Source: Camelus dromedarius
Lineage: Eukaryota
DNA length: 64,000 nt
Assembly: GCF_036321535.1 (NCBI RefSeq)
Contig: NC_087466.1
Coordinates: forward strand, 2,852,001-2,916,000
Direction: 5' to 3'
The notes beneath the pieces were generated by a model. The model worked only from the letters and a program-made list of their open reading frames with translations. It was not told the origin of the DNA and did no database searches. Every line of letters begins with the position of its first letter. Position 1 is the stretch's first letter. Positions 37,811-49,900 of the stretch are shown here, piece by piece. Position numbers and translations under genes: made by a program.

Positions 37811-40800
37811 TTTGGCCGCACGGCTCTGTTGGCTCACCTGGGCTGCCTGGCGGCCCGGGCTGTCCTTCCCTCCGAGAACCAGAGGCAGTGCCACCTAACC
37901 TACAGCAAAGGAGGAGCTCGGCTGCGTGTCCAAATCCCCGAGCGTAAACAGGCCCCGCTGAACCTACCTGCCCCCGGGGGGAGCCCCACGATGGCCACCA
38001 GAGGAGGGGCCAGACTGGGACTTAACAGCCCCGCTGGGACGAGGGTGCCAAGGCCGACTGGCGCAAGTGGACGGGATGGAAAAGGCCTTGTTATTTTGGT
38101 GGAAAAGAGAAACTCCATTTAGTCATTCTAATGAACAGTCAATCATTTACTGAGTACCGACTGTGGGCTAGGCACCGTTCTGGATGCTTCAAACACAGTA
38201 GCCAACAAAAGATGCTATCCTTCCTGGTGGAGCCAAAGGAGCCATGGGTTTGTGTTAAAATGAGAGTGAGTTTGCAGAACAGTGCGCTGACAGAGGTAGC
38301 AGCCAAGTGGAGGCTGGGGGATTGGGTAGCGGCCCCATGCTAGATGGGGTGATCTGGGAAGCCTCTGTGAAGAAGTGATGCTTGACTGTCACTTTATAAA
38401 GATCCCTGCAGCTGCTGTGAGGACAGTAGACTGCCAGAGGAATCAGTGAGCAGGGGGAGGATGCAAGGGATGTGGGTGGGCAAGGTGGAGCCTGGAGGGC
38501 CAGGAGGAACAGGATGTGGGTTTGCCAGCAGATTAGGCAGAGCCCTGAGAGAAGAGTCAAGGGTGACTTTCAGGCCTGAGCCACAGGGTGATTGAAAGGC
38601 GGTGTCCTCTACTGAGCTGGAGAATGCTTGAGGGGAAGGCAGGCAGAGGGAGAGTCCTGTTCTGACCTCACTGAGTTTGGGGTATCGTATGACATCCGCC
38701 TGGAAAAATCCAAGTGTGGTTTTGGAGGAAAGGCCAGGCAGGCGGTCCCAATGTAGGTATCAGTCCTCAGCAGACCAATGACATTTACAGGTTTGGCCCT
38801 GCATAAGATGCCCAAGGGGCAAGGCTGGATGGAGAAGGGGCAAGGCCAGGCCTAGACAGCCAGGGGTGGCGGGGCTGCAGCAGAGCCAGGAAAGGGCTTC
38901 AGGAGCGAGGCAGTGAGAAGCCTGGGGAGACATGGCCTTGGAAGAGACTGAGAGGTGCAGCCTCACCAAAGGTCCCTGGATAATGACAGGCATGAAGGAG
39001 AGGAAGGTGCCCAGATGGACCTGCCTTTACCAAATGGGAACTCAACCTTGGATGTGAGTGTAGCTGATGAGGGAAGCCCTAGACAGGGTCCTGAGCCCCC
39101 AGAGGAGACTGTAGTGGGGAGAACCGGCTGAGAAATTTACCTCAGGTGGATCCCACGAAGACTAGGGGTTCCCCTGGGGAGTGACTCAAGGAGCCCCACT
39201 CGGGGGGAGAGGGAGGGGAGGGAGAGGCTGGGAGTGCTGAGAGGGATATGTGCCTGGTTCAGGAGTGAAGAGAGGTCAGCCTGCTACAGCAGGAGCTGGA
39301 CCAAAGTGCTGCGAGGCTGGGTGTTGGGAGCAGGCTGAGAAGCCCCTCGGACAGCCTCTGTTCTCCAGTGAAGCAGGCTGAGGTCACGTCTGAGGTGAGG
39401 TGAGCCCAGCAGAGTGAATCCCACCCAGGAGGCAGCATGGCAGCCAACTGGGCGGAGACCCAGAGCCTCAGACACCACGGTGGGTGCCGGCTCTTGCCAG
39501 GCTGGAAGGTTGCCAGGGGGGTTGGGTTTCTTGTCTGGTGGGGAAGGGGAGGCCTTCCTGCCCCCAGGCCCTTAGCAGCTGGCGCTGCCTGGCCCTCTGC
39601 TCAGGGTCAAGCTGGGGCCAATGGGAGGGGCTGTCATTGTGCTGGGGGGGTCTGTCTCTCCCCTTCCATGGGGCTGATGGGGCTGATAAGGCAGGAGCCT
39701 GGTTTTCAGGAAGAGAAGCACATTCCTGGGAGGCTGGAGCCCAGGATGGGGGCAGCCAGCTGGGCGGGGCATCCAGGGAGCAGGGCTGAGTTCTCCTGCT
39801 GAGCTCCCTTCTCAGAGCCCTGGGGTATCCTCAGGTCGGGGCTGAGGCCCAGCAGGAGACACTGCAGGGCCAGGGGCTGACCTCCATCACCAGTCCTGGC
39901 TTTCCTGTCCAGTGTCAGGCCCAGGACAGGCCACTCTGGAGGCACCAGGTCCACTCTTCCGACCCCAGCCGCCTCCAGACACTTACATATGGAGAGAAGC
40001 CCTGGGCTCCACGTGTCCCCAGGGGCCTAGGTGACACAGGCAGGCGAGCGTGCTGGTTGGTGATGGCTATTTAGACCTCCTGGCTGGGCTGCCTTCTCTC
40101 TCTCGGGCTCTCTTGAGGACTATGGCAGAAGGAGGGCCCATGGTCCCCAGACAAGGTGACGATGGGCCTGCCCTCCAATCCACCTCACTGCCTCGGGCCC
40201 CTGTCTGCTGCAGAGCAATGAACCCAGGAGTCCTCAGGTCTGGGGACACCCAGAGAACCCCTGAATCCCCTGTCCAGTCTCTCCCAGTGCCTACAGGCAG
40301 GATGGCACTCCTGTGTGCCCTCAGCCGGCCATCCTTCTCACAGGCCTCACACTCCAGGAGAGACACTCATGAGCCACCAGTGACAACCCTGAAACCTGAA
40401 GCCATCCCTGCCCTGCCTCTCCCCAGCCCCACAGAACTCTCCAGTCCTTCCCTCCCCTCTAACAGACCTCCACCACGGCCACCCCTTATTCAGGCCTCAG
40501 CATCTCTCTTCCAGGACTGCATGCATCTCTGACTCCTTCATTCACTTATTTCCCTCCCTCCTGGCTGAGATGTTCTTTTCAAAGGAGAGGGAGGGAGGGT
40601 GGTGGAGATGCTCCCTACTCCAAGAAGCCCTCCCTGAAGGGACCAGAGCTCATCTACCTCTTGGCAGGGCCCCACACCCTCAGTGTTTAAATGTATTTTA
40701 TTCCAAAGGCAGCACATGTCTGTGGTAACAAGCGGGAAGAAGCAGAAACAAGGTGACTGCGGGAGGCACTGGTTTTCCTTTGACCCACATGTGGTACCCC

Positions 40801-43800
40801 TCACAGGGCCTTTTCTCAGAGGCTGTGAGCTCAATGCCCAACCCCTCCTGGCACATGGACCCCCGAGCCTGGACCCCCGAGCCATGGTGGGTGGGCCTCG
40901 CTGCAGCTCCAGCCAGCACTTCCCAGGAGCAGCTGTGTCCCCAGCGGCCCTTCCTGTCTGGGTCCTGGGTATTTTTAGCACTGAATCCGGAACCCACTGG
41001 GCAGCAGCTGCTCATGGCCGGAGCACACAACAAACTGTCCAGGTGTGCTGTGTTGGGCCAACCCCACGGCGGTACAGGGAGCGACCTCGGCCTGGCCCTC
41101 TGAGCCTGGTATTGGAATCGACTTTCCAGGAATTTGTGGGTCTCTGGGTGGGATGGAGAGGGAGGAGGCAGTCAGTGGGGAGGATGAGTAGGCATAAGCC
41201 AGGCCCTGCAGGAGAACAGCTCATGCAAAGGTCCTGAGGTAGCATGGAGGGACAGCGGCAAGGGGAGGAGTCATGTGCCATGTGACGCTGGCTGAGCAGG
41301 GCCCTGTAGGCTGTGGTCTCTGTCCCAAGGGCAGTGGAGCGCCTCGGGAGTTTTCAGCCTGGTGGGAAGGTTAGGATCAGATGGCAGCTCTTTGGAGGAA
41401 GAGGAGCCAGGAATAGAAGCAGTGGTCAGAGTGGAGGATGGCAGCAGGCACATGACAGCAAGGGAGTGAAAGGACCAAGGATGTGGAAGGCACAGCCCTT
41501 AGCGTTTGGCAGAGGGGTGAGATGTGGGAGAAGCCCAGGTTTGGGATGGAGACCACCACTGGTTTGGGACAGGCGGAGTTTGGGGTGCGGTGGGGACAGA
41601 ACCACCTCCAGGAAGTCCTCCTGGCGTCCCCAGCCCAGCCCTCCCAGCTCCTTGTCGTACATACACGTACATGCACGTTGTGGCCCTTCTCCAGCTGTGG
41701 TTTGGAGGTAAAACCTCTCTGCTGCCTCTGGGCTCCTGGGATGTCTCTGACATGCGACTCTGCCCCTTGAGTGCTCTCCTGCTGAGCAGCTGGGGCACAA
41801 GGCTCTCCACCTGGACCTTGGTTTCTCAGTCTCTGACCCTCTGTGGCTGGATGAGATGGTTCCTCTCCAGCCCCAGCCCCAGCTACCAGGCCAGCCTGAC
41901 CTTCAACGCCTGGCTGTCACCGCCCACCCTCAGCAAATGCTCCTCAAATCCCACTTCCTGCTGTGGCCACTACCCCGCACGTCAAAGCCACCTCCAGCTG
42001 GCGCCCAGGGCCTCAGAGCAGCTGGCAGGCACTCCCCCTCCTCTGCCTCAGCTATTTTTGGGCTCAGTGTGGCTGTGCGGCTGTGTTTGGAAGATTACCT
42101 GATTGACAAAGTCAGCCAAATGGCAGGGCCGGGGACACAAGCTCACGGAGACAGGAGCCTGGAGACACAGTGAGGAGACTACGCGGCCCCATGCGGGTCT
42201 GAATGCCTGGGGATGCACGTGGGATCTGGTCTGTGTGGTCCTGGGTCGGGGGTGGGACCTGAGGCACACTGTCTTATGGTCTTCCTACTTGTCACCTGCC
42301 GGCCAGATCAGCAGGCAGCTCTGGTCTGTGGCCTGGCGGGGACCTGGAACCCTTGGTTAGAAGTAGTGACTCAGCACCCCAAGCAGGCAGACAGACAGGC
42401 TCGGAAAGGCCCAGGGTTTACCCATGTCCCACCTGGCCTGCACCACCGACACCTCTGCCAAGCAGCCCAGGCCCTGCTCACACACATCCGGGAGGGTGAG
42501 CCCCAGGCCAGGTGCTCACCCAGCCACAGGAACCCTTGTTGCCCTGGAGATACCACCACAAGCCCTGCCCCCACATTTTGCTCTAGCCGGTCTCCCAGCC
42601 TCAGATGCCCTTGACTTGCATGAGGTATTGGGGCCTCTTTAAGAAAACAAACGCAGTTACAAATGCAAGATTAGGTAGGAAACTGAATCTCTGCTTAGAA
42701 TGAGGACACCAACAAAACAAGTGACAAGTTCACAAAAACTAACAAATAGCCCTCAATATCAAATTCAGAAAAAAATTCCCTCCCTGGTCACAAGCTTGCA
42801 GTTAAATGGCCCCCTGTGCCCAGGTCAGGCGGCGGCTGGTGAAGGAACCAGCGTGCGTTAACCAGGCGCTCTGCACTGCTGGGGAAACTGGGGCTGGGGT
42901 GTGGGGAGGAGGTGAGCTGCCTGTTCAGCTCCACCCCAAACCTGCACTAGGTGGCCCAGTCCCAGGGGACCAACCACTGTGATGCTCCCCTTCCCCACTC
43001 CATGGGCCCTGCTGGCAGGGGGCTCCCCCCCGACCAAAAAATGCAGGCGTCAGAGCTTCAGAGTCTGGTCTAACCGCCATCCCCACCCCCTGCCTCCCAC
43101 CCTTCCCCTCCAGATGTGGGCACAGCTGTATTTTTAGAACAGCCAACCACGAGGACATTCTTTCCTTCTAATTAAGATGGATTCAAAGCCCCTATCTGCA
43201 ATCAGCCCGACTGTTCAGTCCTCAAATATCAAAGGGTGGCCAGGAGGGGCAGTTTAGCTGGTTGTTCCTTGGGATTTTTTCTTTCTTTTGAATCATTATG
43301 TTGGAAATGACCCAGAACTGGGGTGGGAGCCAGCTCTGAGAAGGGAGGCGAAGGAAGATTTGGCGCAGAGCCTGCAGGAGCTGCTCCTGGGCCTTGCCCT
43401 CCATACCCCTGCCCAGGCTGGGACTGTCCAGCTGGGCTGAAGCACCCCAAGGTTCAGCCCCCATGGGCAAGGTCTGTCTGGAGATCAAGAGAGGGCTGGG
43501 TTCCTGTCCACAGGATGTCCAGTGCAGGGACAGTTGTTATGATGTCCCCATTCTACAGGTGAGCAGACGGAGGCTGGGAGATGGAAAGTAATTGTTGGAA
43601 CTGCAGGGGCCCCATTGGCATCAGCTGCAGCCAGTCCTGTGGCTGACCTGCTGTGCTTGGTGGTAACTCAGTGCCCACCCTGGCAGCCTGGTGCCCAAGG
43701 TCAGCTGGCATCCTGAGCTCCACCCAGTGCGCCCTCTGGAGGCTCCCAGCATTGGGTAGAGATGCCAGTCCAAGTGGGAGGAACAGGGAAGGCCTCAAGG

Positions 43801-44129
43801 AGGAGGGGGCTGCCCCCAATCCCACAGTCCTTCCTGAAAACCACAGCTGACAGACGAGGGAACTGAGAGCTCAGAGAGGAGGCAGTGGGGCCAGAGCAGC
43901 TTAGCCCTCTGATCCGGGCAGGCACGAATCCCGATCATCTGCGGTGGCGCCCCACCCACCACTCATAGTGATGGAGGCCTGCTGAGCCCTGTTGGAGAGC
44001 CCTGGCTCTAGGGGTTAGGCAACTGCTCAGACCTCTGTCCCACCCGTCATGGAACAGAGAGGAGAGGCACAAAGCGACGCAGAGGCAAGGGGCTGGATGC
44101 CAGGCCTCCCAGCTCCCGCCCAAAGCCAT

Positions 44130-45000
44130 GGCCTAACTGGCCGCGCGCAGGCTGGGTGCGCAGGATAAAGGAAGCAAAATTACTTGGGGTGCGTGGAACA
44201 GGGGATGCCTGGGCTCAGCCAGGACTCGGCGCCCAGGGGTGCCTGGCACCTGGCGGGGGCCCTGACGTGGGCCTCTGTTTCCCTGCCACCGCGCAGCCCC
44301 GGGAGGTCCAACCCAACTCCCGCAGGCCTGGGCTTTGTCGCCCCCTCGCGGCCGCAGCCGGTCTCGGCGGCGCGGGCGGATCATGGGAAACTGGCGGGGG
44401 CGGCCTGAATGGATCCCCCGTGGGTCTGGAGGCCAAATCCCTGGAGGGGGGCATCCGTGGGCCCGGGTAACGGCAGAGGCATCTTCTGGGGCAGACTCGG
44501 GTCGGTCAGGCGGCCCAGCCGCTTCTTTGCGGCTAGGAGCAACGGCGGCTCGGTGGGGTGTGGACCCGGTGGAGCCCTCCAGCCAGCTTTGCTGTATCTA
44601 TTCCTTTAGGTGCGAGCCAAGCTGCTCCCTGCCTCCTGCTGAGTACCAGGGGCTGGTCCCCCACCTTCCGCTCCCCGCCCTTTCTGGGCCTCAGTTTCCC
44701 GGTCTACAGAGAGCCCCCAGAGTGTAGGACCGAGCGCGGGGCGTGGCTCCCACAGCGATGGAGGGGCGTCACGCCCACATTGGCCACCAGCTGGGAGGTC
44801 TTGAGAGCTAGTGGGCGTGGGGCCGGCACCCCACCTCCCCTGCCCTCACCTCCACCTTCTCACCGGGAAAACCGAGAGTGAGTGTGAATCCACGCGAGAA
44901 GCCCCATCCGGGAGGAGGAGTCAGGGGCGTTCTTTTCACGCTACCTCGACTCCAGCGGAGCGAACTGGTCAAGCTGCCCCATCCCGCAGGGTCTGTACCG
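44130..45000. promoter_or_regulatory. CpG-rich region about 1 kb upstream of SLC2A11 exon 1A (candidate upstream promoter)
   Basis: Locally high CpG (GGCCGCGCGCAGG, GCCGCAGCCGGTCTCGGCGGCGCGGGCGG); no recognisable ORF. Confidence 0.5.
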
Positions 45001-45739
45001 GACTCAGAGATCTGACAGCCTGGCCAGACTCCCACCAGAGCTGTAGGCCCCCGCCCCTTGTGGAGTCTCAGGGACTCCTCTGCGAAGGAGCCTGAAGCCA
45101 CCCACGTGTGGTTTGTTGAGAGGATTAGCCATCAGCCCCTTGGCAGCTACAAACCCTCACGACCTTAACTTTCACATACTCAAGGTTAAGCTCCCAGCTA
45201 ATGCTTGCCAAGGAGAAACCTCAAGCTTCCTTGTTTCAGGATAATAATTAATGGCCGGGGAGCCCACACACTGGGGGTCAGACTCCAGCGAAGAGTTCAG
45301 GCGGCATTTCAGGGAGAACCAAGGTGGGGTGGGGGTGGGGCAGCCGGGTATTATCACATGATCTCAGTAGATGCAGAAAAGCATGAAGTTAGCAACTGCT
45401 AATATTTTATTGCATTTTCCCTTAAAAGTGCATGGTGTTTTGAAGAAACTTTGAAAAGTTCAGATCAGCAAAAATAAAGCAAAAACTAAGCAGGAGCAAT
45501 AGAGACACTGCAGTATCCATTCTGATGTACTCCTACCATAGTCTTTGCTCAGGTGACTTCCTAGGGTCACTGTCAGATCTGTTTCTATGACCACAAATAA
45601 CATCTTTGGCAAGTCTGGTTTCCATCTGGCCTTAGTCCAACTCCTGGATTCCACGCAGGACCTGGGAAGCCCTGAGAAATAAAAGATTAATCTGGCCCAC
45701 TGGGCCCTGTGGTTCCTCACCTTACAGGGGCCACTGGAC

Positions 45740-46900
45740 CGGATTAATATTGGCACATAGGCCGGGCCGCCCTCTCGCGCAACGGATTCCACGGCTGCAA
45801 TCCGAGACCGGTTCTCCTGTCTGCTTTCCAAGTCACGGGCTCTGCCAGGACGGACAGATGAGAGCACTCCAGGGACTGGTGGGTCTGCCTTTCGTCTCTC
45901 TTAATACTGTTCCTCCTCCAGGGAAAGGGTGGGGACACCTGGACTGGAGGAGAGTGGGGATGTCTGTGCAGAATCAAGGGCTCTGCCCTCAGAGTGCTCG
46001 GGGACGGGGTCCTCCCGGCGACAGGGGCCTCCTTGGCCCTGGTGGCGGGCAAGGGCGCCAGATGAGTGGGAGAGGAGGCCGGGCCGAAGGGCTGGTAGGG
46101 GGTTCGAGGGGCGGGGCGCAGGAGGGACCAGCAGGGAGTCACTCTGGAGGCGGCAGCGGGGGAGGGGACGTGGGGACGAGGGGCCAGGGCCGGGATTTCA
46201 GGCAAGCCTGGAGCGCGGTGATTAGAGCTACCGGCCGAGACCTGCGGGTGTGGATGCTGGGGGATGGCCGGGGTGACCTGGGGCCAGAACTCCCGGTCTG
46301 CAGAAATAGGCCCCAGGCTCGGCCGAGTAAGGAGTCAGTGGACTTTCACCTTCACAGCTGAGGATAGGAAGGGACGGAGGATGAACAGGAGCCGCAGTTA
46401 CAGCCTCGGACCCAGGTGACGGGCTCGCGGGACCCCCCCACCGCCCCACCCTGCGCAGGCGTCTCGGCCGCACGCTCTGGGCACCACGCGCCGTGCGCGA
46501 ACCTTCATCTCGTCAACACCCACTGCGCGTGCGTCCGCCTCCGCCTCGAGACGGGTTTACGCCTCGCTATCGCCCCACCGCGCATGCGCCTCCCCTTACC
46601 CTCCGATCCGCGCTTGGCGAAGGTTTGAATTCCGCCGGCCCCGGCTTCTCAGATGAGGGATTGCGGGCTTGAGTGCACTCTGGAGGGCTCAACGAAAGTG
46701 TCCAGTGTACGGAAGTATCTGGTGCTTGTTTGCACAGTGGAGCTAGGTGCCGGGCCCAGACGAGCTTGAGCAGGGGTTCACGCTCAGGGAAGGGCTGGGG
46801 CGAGTGCAAGGTTGCGTGGGGTATCAGCGTGCAGGACTGGCGGAACGGCCGCGTCCCAGGCTAGCGTCCCTCGCGATGCCTGGGCCCTCAGGTCCTCGTG
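45740..46900 (+). promoter_or_regulatory. SLC2A11 CpG-island promoter cluster with a palindromic NRF1-type site
   Basis: High CpG around exons 1A and 1C; GCGCATGCGC at 46580-46589; CGGAAGT ETS-like site near 46720. Confidence 0.7.
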
Positions 46901-49900
46901 CGGTCTGGGCACGCCCTCAGGGGCAGCAGCCCTTGGGCACTGCGGTCCTCCCCGCCTCATCCTGTCCTGGGTCTGTTTCCCACCTTCACTCCTCTCCCCA
47001 ACTTTCATCGCCTTCACCAGGCTCCCTGACGTCCAGCGTCACCTAGGATGTGGGGCAGCCGGAAGAGCTCGCCCAGACCCGCGCATCTCCCCATCTCTGG
47101 GTTCTCCCGCCAGCCTGCACGGATTTCCTTCAGATGCCTGCATGGCGCATTCCCTCACCTCCTTCAAGTCTTCGTGCGATGGCCCCTTCTCAGTGCTTAC
47201 TCCCTGACCACCCTCTCCAGACTCTCCCTCTCACCTCTCCCTGCTTTGTCTCTGTCGCGCCCCCCACCCCCCCGACATATATCTTCCTTGTTCATTTCGC
47301 TGCTGCCTATCTTCCCCCACTGGAAGGGAAGTTCCATGACGTCACGGATTTCGTCTTTTGTTCATCGCTTTATCCCCAGCACCTAGAACTGTAGGTTTAT
47401 TGCCCATGGTAGGGAGGCTGAATCACCAGCACAGCTCATGTCTGAACACTTTCCATGACCAGTCACAGGAGGAGACATCCTCAGTCTCACGGAAGTAGGT
47501 GATTTATGCTGTCCTGGAGACCTGCCAGCACCTTGGCCACATGGGCTCAGTTCACATCAGGCACTGCGTGACTTGTGGCTTCCTGCAGATCTGCTGTCTC
47601 AGTGGAACTCTGCCCTCCACGCAGCCCGCATGGAGTGTCCACGTGACTCCAGTGAGAAGGGACTCCTGGATTCTGACCTGCCTTCCCCCTATGGCTTCAG
47701 GCTTGGAAGGAAGGTACTTAGACCTTGTAGGGACTGTGAGCAGCCAGGGTGCCAGTCATGGACCAGCCTGCAGACCTTTGGCAGGATCCTGCCCTCAACG
47801 CCTCTTCCTCCACCCCCCTGCCCACCCCGACTCCCAGTCCAGTTTCTCACTATGTTCTGGAAGCAGATCTGTCTTTTCCAGCTGTGTCTACCCCCCAGCT
47901 CAGTTCCTGGCTGGGACGGGCACTTAGTATTTGATGGATCAGTAAGTAGCTCTGAGGTCCTGGAAATTCTTCAGAAAGGCCTTAGCCAAACATCCTTGTG
48001 CCATGAAATGTGTATTTTAAGTATTTTTTAAGAAATATAAACATGAACCAGGACTTCATCTTTGGGGGACCCTTTGCCAGAACAAGAAAATGGTGGTATC
48101 AATTTACTGGGGAAAGATCAGCGATTTTATTTTTGTATGGTTAACCACTTGGCGACTATCTAGGAGAATATCTGAGGGAAGCAGTTCATTGCTGGGAACT
48201 GCTCTTTGGGAGAGCGGAGAGCTTTCAGCTTTCAGCACATACTGAATTTTTAGAGAAAAGTATAAGAGAAAAAATAGAAATAAGATTGTGACCATTAGTT
48301 TGTTTTCTGTTTATTTTAATGGAGGTACTGGGGACTGAACCCAGGACCTCACGCATGCTAAGGATGTGCTCTACCACTTGAGCTATACCTTCCCCAGAAA
48401 TAAGATTGTGAATCCCTAAAAAAAATGCCAACCTAATGACGGGGTATCGGGGTGCTGAGTCCTCATGGCAGTGTACCTTGGGGTGTTCTCCCTCCAGCTC
48501 TAAGGGTGTCGCAGGGGGATGAAAAGCTGCCCATGTTTGTACCAGGTGTGTGTGGTGCATGCATACCTTGGCTGTCCCCCAGCCTGGAGGGACATTATCA
48601 TCCCCAGGGCCAGCGAGGAAGTGATTCCAAAAAGACAAAGCCCAGGAGCCAGGCTGATCTCTGCTCGTCCATATGCCCCCAAGTCCCCACATGTGTAGCT
48701 CTGTGTGGCCCCATTTCTTAGCCTCGCTGCAGAACAAGCTAGGAGGGCAGAGCCAGAGGCCCAGCCACTCTGTTGGAGACAGTTTCGCTGAAGCGAGTTA
48801 TTGGGGCTCAGGGGCTCCTGTCCTGCTAAAGGCACAGCTTCACTCCCCTGGGGCTCCAGCTTGGAGCGTTGTCCCCCAAGCCATAGCAAGCATAGCCCGG
48901 GGCCAGCCCGTCAAGGAGGGCCGGGAACGGCTGCCCATCTCCGGACAATGCTGCCAGGGGTGGGGTCGGGGTGAGGGGGCAGCGGGATCCTGGACTCAGA
49001 GCAGAAGGCTGGGGTGCCTCTGCCACCTGCCAGCCGTGTGATCCAGGCAACTCCTCTCCCCTCTGCCTCGGTTTCTTCATCTGCAAAGTGGAGACATCAC
49101 TGCCTGGTTCAGACAGATTGCAATGCTGTGATTGGTTAGTTCCAACCCCGGGAAGGAGGTGGAGGCTGTCGTTGGTCACTCTGTGTCCTCTCCTCTCTCC
49201 TCAGTTTCAGGGCTGGGTCCTACTCTTGACCATCTGTGCAGCTGGCATTGGTGGGACTTTCCAGTTTGGCTACAACCTCTCCATCATCAATGCCCCGACC
49301 TTGGTATGTACCCTCCGTGCCCACCGTCACCATCCCAGTGGGTGCTGAGTAAGGGCCAACAGCTGATCTTCAGGCCAGCATCCACTTGGTGGCGCTTTCT
49401 CCCACGCATCCACCTCTACTGGGCTGTCCCACAGGTCCTGCGGGTTCAAACCCAACTCTGCAACCTCCCCTGAAACTCACACATCCTCCTGGGTCCCTGA
49501 TATCAGCAGATGATTCCACCATCTCCCAGTGACTGGGGGTCCACCCTGACTCTGCCCTCCCTCTCTCTGATACCAAGTCCTTCCTAACTACTTCTGCCTT
49601 CTAGCCATTTCTCCTCTCATCTCTTCCACGATCCCAGTTCAGACCCCATCTCTCCTGCCTGGATCTCTGGCTCAGGCTCCTCACTGGCCACCCTGCCTTC
49701 AGCTTCTCCCCTTCCAGATCTTCTCAAGTTTGATCAAGTCATTCCCCTACCCAGAAACATTCTGTGGTTCCCCAGTGCCTAAAGGACTAGGACAGACTCA
49801 TCCACCTGAAGTCCAAGGCCTCCTGGGATTAGAACCTGTCCACCTATCTCCCACCTTCATTCCCCCAACTTTGCTACCAAAGCAGGTTAAATGCAGTTCC

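Noticed and set aside
42630-42790. AT-rich segment resembling a hAT-type DNA transposon remnant (similarly 2035-2415)
   Set aside because: No terminal inverted repeats or TSD could be verified by eye, so I did not report it as a feature.
38000-44100. Hidden gene between DERL3 and SLC2A11
   Set aside because: The short ORFs have no recognisable domains or consistent splice pattern; the region contains L2/MIR-like debris and ordinary intergenic DNA.
44610-44650. Possible orthologue of human SLC2A11 exon 1B (MLHALLRSRM)
   Set aside because: Only a vague resemblance (CTGCTCCCTGCCTCCTGC), with no ATG, an early stop and no good donor. I cannot verify the human nucleotide sequence from memory.
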